A DNA stretch of 64,000 nt, from contig JAQXBM010000052.1 in NCBI GenBank assembly GCA_029252405.1, forward strand, positions 1,156 to 65,155, written 5' to 3'. How positions within the stretch are numbered: the first letter of the stretch is position 1; every line of letters starts with the position of its first letter. Made by a program: the position numbers and the translations under genes. Under the pieces are notes generated by a model. The model was not told where the DNA came from, made no database searches, and saw only the letters and a program-made list of their open reading frames with translations. Positions 59,258-64,000 of this stretch are shown here, piece after piece. Source of the DNA: Crocinitomicaceae bacterium. GTDB taxonomy: Bacteria; Bacteroidota; Bacteroidia; Flavobacteriales_D; Crocinitomicaceae.

Positions 59258-60853
59258 TTATTCCTCGAGCTTGAACACGCGCTTCATCGTGCCATCACTG
59301 TAGATGTAAATCAACGGTGTATTTGGAACAGCTGGTGTTTCTCTCCCCAACAAATCTACGATTTTGATGAGCTCCGCAGAGTTAGGGGTCAATTCATTGA
59401 GATCCACCAAATCCACAAGGTGACATGATGAAGTATCAACTTCAATTGTTTCACACAAGTTTGAGTAGGTGATTCTAACCGCGTAATGTCCATACGCAGT
59501 CGCTGTGTACCATTGATTGGTTTCTCCAGGGATTTCAGCGTAGTTGTTGTCGCAATCGAGCCATTGGTAGGTAGCGTTGCTCATATCAGCTGTGAGTGTA
59601 GCTCCTGTTTGGGTAACATCATTATCTATCCCTGAAATACAATCAACATACACACACGAAGACGTATCCACTTGTGTTCCAAAACAATCTGTAAACGTCA
59701 ATTCCACAGCATAGTAGCCCGTTGAATCGACCGATAAGCTTTGAAAAGTTGCCCCCGGAATTGGTTCGTATCCTTCGCAGTCAAGCCACTGATATGTCGC
59801 CCCGTTCAGCTGAGCAGATAAAATAACGGTCGTTTGGTCGATATCAACGTCGTTGTTAATTGGTCCGCCACAAACTACATTAAAATTCACCGTTGGATCA
59901 TATAAAGCGTTCGCCACTGCGTATGGTGGATATGTCACGCTTGCACAGGTCAATTGCGGGTTGTTCAATATGTTTAAATCAAGATCTTGTCCATTATTCG
60001 CCACGAGACAAATCAACGAGTTATCGTGGGCGTAGAGCGTTATGAGATCGGAGTTTTGCGTAATGTCCACATGGGTCAACAAATTACCATTGCACTGAAG
60101 TTCTGTGAGTCCAGCGTGCTGAGAAACATCCAACGATGTTAATTGATTCTCGTGACAGTGCATGAAGGTAATTCCTGATGTCATTCCAAGGTTGAGCGTC
60201 GCGAGTTGGTTGTATTGACAGAACAAAATCACCACTTGAGCGTTCATAGATAAATCCAATGCTGTCAGTTGGTTGTTATTACAGCGCAAATCATTCATCA
60301 ATGGGTTGGCAGAAATATCTAGACTTGTTAATTGATTGATTTGGCAGTGCAATTTGAATAATCCTGAAAGCCCAGAAACGTCTAAGGATGTTAATTGATT
60401 CCCGCTGCAGCGTAAATCATTCACATTGGTGTTGCCTAGGCCTACAATTGATGTTAATTGATTATTGTAGCAGAAAAACGTAGTGAGATTGGTGTTATTC
60501 GAAACGTTGAGCGTGGTAAGTTGATTGTCGTTGCAACGTAAATCCGATAGTTGTGTGTTCTGGGATAAATCCAAGGATGTCAATTGATTCTGGAAGCAGA
60601 ACAACATGTTCAACGACGAGAAATCTTCGATTCCAGTGAGGTCCGCAATGTTGTATCCCCAAACGATTAGAGATCCCACACCGCTGATGTTTGCCGTTGT
60701 TACATAATCGTCATTTGGAACTCCATTTCCCATTCCATTCGCCTCAAGGTACGCTTCGAAGTTGTTATCTGGAACATATGTTTGTTGCGCAGAGATCGTT
60801 CCGACGATGAAGAAAGTCGAAATAAAGAGTAGCCGTGCCAATGAATTGATCAT
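59258..60853 (-). CDS. leucine-rich-repeat protein with T9SS sorting domain
   Basis: Start taken at MINSLARLLFISTFFIVGTISAQ. About 10 LRRs (NQLTSLDxSxNxxLxxLxCxxNQLT). The upstream MRLSNPE.. extension in the ORF track is translated repeat sequence. Confidence 0.75.
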   Translation of the reverse strand: MINSLARLLFISTFFIVGTISAQQTYVPDNNFEAYLEANGMGNGVPNDDYVTTANISGVGSLIVWGYNIADLTGIEDFSSLNMLFCFQNQLTSLDLSQNTQLSDLRCNDNQLTTLNVSNNTNLTTFFCYNNQLTSIVGLGNTNVNDLRCSGNQLTSLDVSGLSGLFKLHCQINQLTSLDISANPLMNDLRCNNNQLTALDLSMNAQVVILFCQYNQLATLNLGMTSGITFMHCHENQLTSLDVSQHAGLTELQCNGNLLTHVDITQNSDLITLYAHDNSLICLVANNGQDLDLNILNNPQLTCASVTYPPYAVANALYDPTVNFNVVCGGPINNDVDIDQTTVILSAQLNGATYQWLDCEGYEPIPGATFQSLSVDSTGYYAVELTFTDCFGTQVDTSSCVYVDCISGIDNDVTQTGATLTADMSNATYQWLDCDNNYAEIPGETNQWYTATAYGHYAVRITYSNLCETIEVDTSSCHLVDLVDLNELTPNSAELIKIVDLLGRETPAVPNTPLIYIYSDGTMKRVFKLEE

Positions 60854-60934
60854 GGAGTAAAGGTAAATCTTTATCCGCTGGCAGCCAAGTTTGGGAGGGG
60901 AATTGACTAATTTATCACGTTTTGTTAAGATTTC

Positions 60935-61050
60935 GGGGTTCGAGAGCCTCACCCCTCTCAGTTTTACTTCAGCAATTGACGGGTCCTTTCTCGAACCATA
61001 CCCCGCTCAGATTTGGGCCAAGAGTGGAAGGGTGAGGCTCTCGAACCCTG
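60935..61050. repeat. palindromic repeat family 2 (GGGGTTCGAGAGCCTCACCCCT / AGGGTGAGGCTCTCGAACCCTG)
   Basis: Left arm 60935-60956 and right arm 61029-61050, with a partial internal copy at 60981-61004. Confidence 0.8.
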
Positions 61051-61062
61051 TTTCATTTCTAA

Positions 61063-61365
61063 CTAATCATCCTTATCTCTGTATGCAATCGACATCTTTA
61101 CCAACATGTTTCTGTCACCTTCGATCAACGCTTGTTTTTTGGCTCTGCTCCATCTCTGAATTTGTTTTTCTCGATAGAAAGCGGTGTCGATTCGTGTATG
61201 TTCTTCATAATAGACAAGCTCGACAGGACCGTGTTTTCGAGTGTGGTTAGCTCCTAAACCCATTTGATGCTGTTTTAAGCGTAGCTCTAATTTGCGCGTG
61301 CTACCCGTGTAATAAGTACCATTTGCGCATAGCAGTATGTAGGTGTAACCTTGTATTGTGGACAT
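61063..61365 (-). CDS. GIY-YIG nuclease family protein (second paralogue)
   Basis: Start at MSTIQGYTYILLC..TYYTGSTRKLELRLKQHQMG...VYYEEH...AFYREKQIQRWSRAKK. The longer track ORF starts inside repeat family 2. Confidence 0.85.
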   Translation of the reverse strand: MSTIQGYTYILLCANGTYYTGSTRKLELRLKQHQMGLGANHTRKHGPVELVYYEEHTRIDTAFYREKQIQRWSRAKKQALIEGDRNMLVKMSIAYRDKDD

Positions 61366-61402
61366 AGTGGTTTTTAGATGTCCTATATAAGTTAGTGAAA
61401 AA

Positions 61403-61533
61403 GTGGGTTTCGAGAGCCTCAACCCACAGATAAATCTTCTTCTTTGAAATGAAAAGCAACGTGGACTTCAATAATCCAGACAAAAGTGCGGTCAGTGAAA
61501 AACGCGACCTGTGTTCTGAGGCTCTCGAAGACC
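61403..61533. repeat. palindromic repeat family 2, diverged pair
   Basis: GTGGGTTTCGAGAGCCTCAACCCAC (61403-61427) and CTGAGGCTCTCGAAGACC (61516-61533). Confidence 0.6.
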
Positions 61534-61547
61534 TTCTTTAAAACCAA

Positions 61548-62204
61548 TCAACCTCCCCATTTTCTCATAGTTGAAATAACGAATGGTTTAATATCCGAGC
61601 GAATAGCTCGCTTTGTTTTCCCCGTTCCAAATTGATGATCATAATTCGTTTCAGCATGGCGAATGTGGGCTTCTACCGCTAAATCAATCATTTTCTTGTC
61701 AAATTCTTTGGCTTTAGCTGTTCTCCCTACGCGTCCGCTGTGCTTTTCGCAGGCATGTTGAGCAATTGCCACTTCCCTGTTTTTCGGACAGTTCGGATAA
61801 AACCTTCTAATCGCTTTTGAAAATTCAGCAATGTAAACCTTGTCCTGCTCAGCCCTTCTAATCGCTGCCTTTTCATTTTTTAATGCTCGGTCTTTCGCAT
61901 CCGCCGCACATTCCAATTCCGCTTTTCTGATTGCATCAGCTTCTACATATTGCCCTCTTCGTTCGAAACGCTTTCTTCTGCGATTCCAGACGAATACGAC
62001 ACCACAATAACTCGAATGCTTTTTTGATCGTCGTGTTAAAGCTGCATTTCCAGGCTTTAAAAAGGTCGCGTTGACGTATTGAGAACAGGAGAAACATGTT
62101 CCTTTATGCTTTTCAGATTCAGCAACAAAAGCCTCTCCCAAGGCAATTGGCTTGTTGCATACCGAACACTTCAGTGTTTCCTTTTTAGTTAAAAAAACGT
62201 CCAT
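61548..62204 (-). CDS. DUF2293-family protein
   Basis: N-terminal Cys4 cluster (CSVCNK..CFSC). The C-terminal ..HSGRVGRTAKAKEFD...AVEAHIRHAETNYD.. resembles DUF2293. Confidence 0.55.
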   Translation of the reverse strand: MDVFLTKKETLKCSVCNKPIALGEAFVAESEKHKGTCFSCSQYVNATFLKPGNAALTRRSKKHSSYCGVVFVWNRRRKRFERRGQYVEADAIRKAELECAADAKDRALKNEKAAIRRAEQDKVYIAEFSKAIRRFYPNCPKNREVAIAQHACEKHSGRVGRTAKAKEFDKKMIDLAVEAHIRHAETNYDHQFGTGKTKRAIRSDIKPFVISTMRKWGG

Positions 62205-62437
62205 TTATTCCTGATACTTGTACAAAAAAGAAAGAGCCAAAAGTCAACGTGACCTTTGGCTCTTCAAAGTTAGTATTCTCTACTGTTTATTCAACTTGAT
62301 TGTTTTAATGACCCTTTGAATTCCCGTATTTCCCGCAAAAATTTAGCTTACAGCTTGTCAATAACAATAAGGCTGCGTTCGGGCATTTCCCGACACAAAC
62401 TTCGAAAAGATATTCCTTGACAAATCATCCAAGAAAA

Positions 62438-63337
62438 TCAACAACGCTTATTCAACCATCCAATCAAGTACGCATAAACCTCATCCCGATTCGTTTCATT
62501 GATGATTTCATGCCGACCTCCTTCGAATAATTTCAATTCCACATCCTTCACTCCAGCCTTTTTATACTGCTCGTGGGTCTTTTGAGGTCCCTTTCCATAT
62601 TGTCCCGCTGGATCCATTCCCCCGGCAACAATGAGAACAGGTGTGTCATCGTTGATTTTATCAATGTTGGTTTGCTTACACATTTCAAGAACGCCTCCTG
62701 CCAAGTCGACAAAGAACTGATTAGTAAAGTCTTGCATGCAATAAGGGTCGTTCATATATTGATCGACCATCTCCGAATCTCGTGTGAGCCAATCTTTTTC
62801 AGTTCGTTTATTCTCAACGCGTTTGTTAAAGCCCGTAAAGCTCATATTGGTCAAAAATTTCATGCGTTTCTTCCTTCCAAAGAAAAAGCTACACGCCTTT
62901 GAAATGGGTTTTCCTACGTATCCTTTCCATCCGGGATGTTTGATCGTCGCCGAAAGAATATAGCCGTCTGCCAGATTGGGTTCACTGAAAGCAACGGTTC
63001 TAGCTATAAAGGATCCCATGCTGTGTCCTAAAATAAACACAGGTACGTTCGCGTGCTTCGATTTGATTTGTTGTGTAATTTCAATTGCTTCCTCTACAAC
63101 CAAATTCCATCCATCTTTGTCAGCAAAAAAACCCACATTTTTTTGATCTCCCGCTGTTTTTCCATGACCTCGATGATCCTGGCAATACACGGAGTACCCT
63201 TCCTTGTTCAATGCTTCGGCGAAATGAGCATAGCGCAGTCCATGTTCGGACATACCATGAAAAATGTGTACGATTGCTTTTGGATGCTCGATCGTCCATT
63301 CGTGGATGTACATTTCTGGGTTTGACGCTAATTTCAT
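62438..63337 (-). CDS. alpha/beta hydrolase (lysophospholipase / monoacylglycerol-lipase-like)
   Basis: HGMSEH, nucleophile elbow GHSMGS and a C-terminal ..GGRHE.. motif. Confidence 0.85.
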   Translation of the reverse strand: MKLASNPEMYIHEWTIEHPKAIVHIFHGMSEHGLRYAHFAEALNKEGYSVYCQDHRGHGKTAGDQKNVGFFADKDGWNLVVEEAIEITQQIKSKHANVPVFILGHSMGSFIARTVAFSEPNLADGYILSATIKHPGWKGYVGKPISKACSFFFGRKKRMKFLTNMSFTGFNKRVENKRTEKDWLTRDSEMVDQYMNDPYCMQDFTNQFFVDLAGGVLEMCKQTNIDKINDDTPVLIVAGGMDPAGQYGKGPQKTHEQYKKAGVKDVELKLFEGGRHEIINETNRDEVYAYLIGWLNKRC

Positions 63338-63393
63338 GAACCTTAGTTTTGTTTAAATATAGTAATCCTTCCTTCTGATGGTTCTAGTCGGTA

Positions 63394-64000
63394 CTAATCG
63401 CTGAATGTTCTAATTCGAATGAGTTCTTTTTCCACTTCCCCTTTTTCAACTATCACTTTTTCTTCGTTCCAGTTTAGATGTGAAGCAAATAATCCGGACA
63501 CTTTATCCAAACTCGAGCTGATCTCTCCGGGGGCGTAGTACATTTTCCCTGTTCTACGAATGAAGAAGTCGTTCAAAGTACAAACACCATCATTCTCCAA
63601 GGCAAATAAGGCTTCTGCTTCAATCAATGAGGTGATTTCTTCTCGACCCAAAAGGCCAATAATATCATCCGTTTGTTTCCCGTAGTTATGCACTAAATAC
63701 GCCGCTTTATGAGCTGGTATGTTTAAGTTTTCTGTCTGTTTTTCAATGCTTTTACTATAATTATTGAACTCCTCAGCTCCTGAAAAATTACCTCCACATA
63801 GCTTTATTCTGCGCGTCTTGCATTTTCGTGTGATCTGCTTTTTATCACAGATAAGTCGTATTACTTTTTTCGCCATCAGGCGATATCCAGTGAGTTTTCC
63901 ACCAGCGATTGTAATCAATCCACTTTCCGATTCAAACAGTTCATCCTTTCGTGAAAGTTCAGAAGGATCCTTTCCGTCTTCATGGATCAGAGGTCGAAGT
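63394..64000 (-). CDS. glpD: glycerol-3-phosphate dehydrogenase/oxidase, C-terminal part (gene continues beyond the window)
   Basis: The frame is open to the window edge. ..ITIAGGKLTGYRLMAKK.. and the alpha-glycerophosphate-oxidase C-terminal domain pattern are present. Confidence 0.7.
   Translation of the reverse strand, partial: LRPLIHEDGKDPSELSRKDELFESESGLITIAGGKLTGYRLMAKKVIRLICDKKQITRKCKTRRIKLCGGNFSGAEEFNNYSKSIEKQTENLNIPAHKAAYLVHNYGKQTDDIIGLLGREEITSLIEAEALFALENDGVCTLNDFFIRRTGKMYYAPGEISSSLDKVSGLFASHLNWNEEKVIVEKGEVEKELIRIRTFSD

Noticed and set aside
59258-61422. The longer N-terminal extensions in the ORF track, starting MRLSNPE.. (60952) and MRLSKPT.. (61422).
   Set aside because: Both start inside palindromic repeat family 2. 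Internal ATGs give a proper signal peptide (MINSLARLLF..) for the first and the canonical GIY-YIG N-terminus for the second.

Overview
This is a Bacteroidota-type chromosomal segment of roughly 40% GC. The assignment rests on many T9SS C-terminal sorting domains, a CHU_C-type gliding C-terminal domain, TTTG / (T)ATATTTG-like promoter boxes and the absence of Shine-Dalgarno sites. Core genes include nrdA-nrdB, phhA/phhB, a ComF-family protein, an MscS channel, a DsbA/FrnE oxidoreductase, a bacilliredoxin, a partial glpD, and a large set of secreted T9SS cargo proteins.

Five things stand out:
1. A roughly 13-kb RNA-repair island lies at about 42.8-55.7 kb, almost entirely on the minus strand. 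It carries two divergent RtcB ligases (one in an rtcB-prfH pair), an SPFH/band-7 gene and a WYL regulator fused to a PhyH-type dioxygenase. It also holds a 1.5-kb ORF-free array of at least 11 tRNA-like cloverleaf modules, an orphan tRNA-Glu-like gene, a duplicated promoter/small-ORF/terminator cassette and a tandemly duplicated rtcB leader.
2. A lodA/lodB-like CTQ quinoprotein oxidase operon encodes an oxidase with an N-terminal catalase-like haem domain.
3. A 1585-aa UvrA paralogue contains four ABC modules.
4. Two small GIY-YIG nuclease genes are each bracketed by their own family of long palindromic repeats.
5. At least four otherwise intact genes are broken by single in-frame stop codons, and one of them also carries a frameshift.

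All calls come from reading the sequence and the ORF translations. No database search was run.
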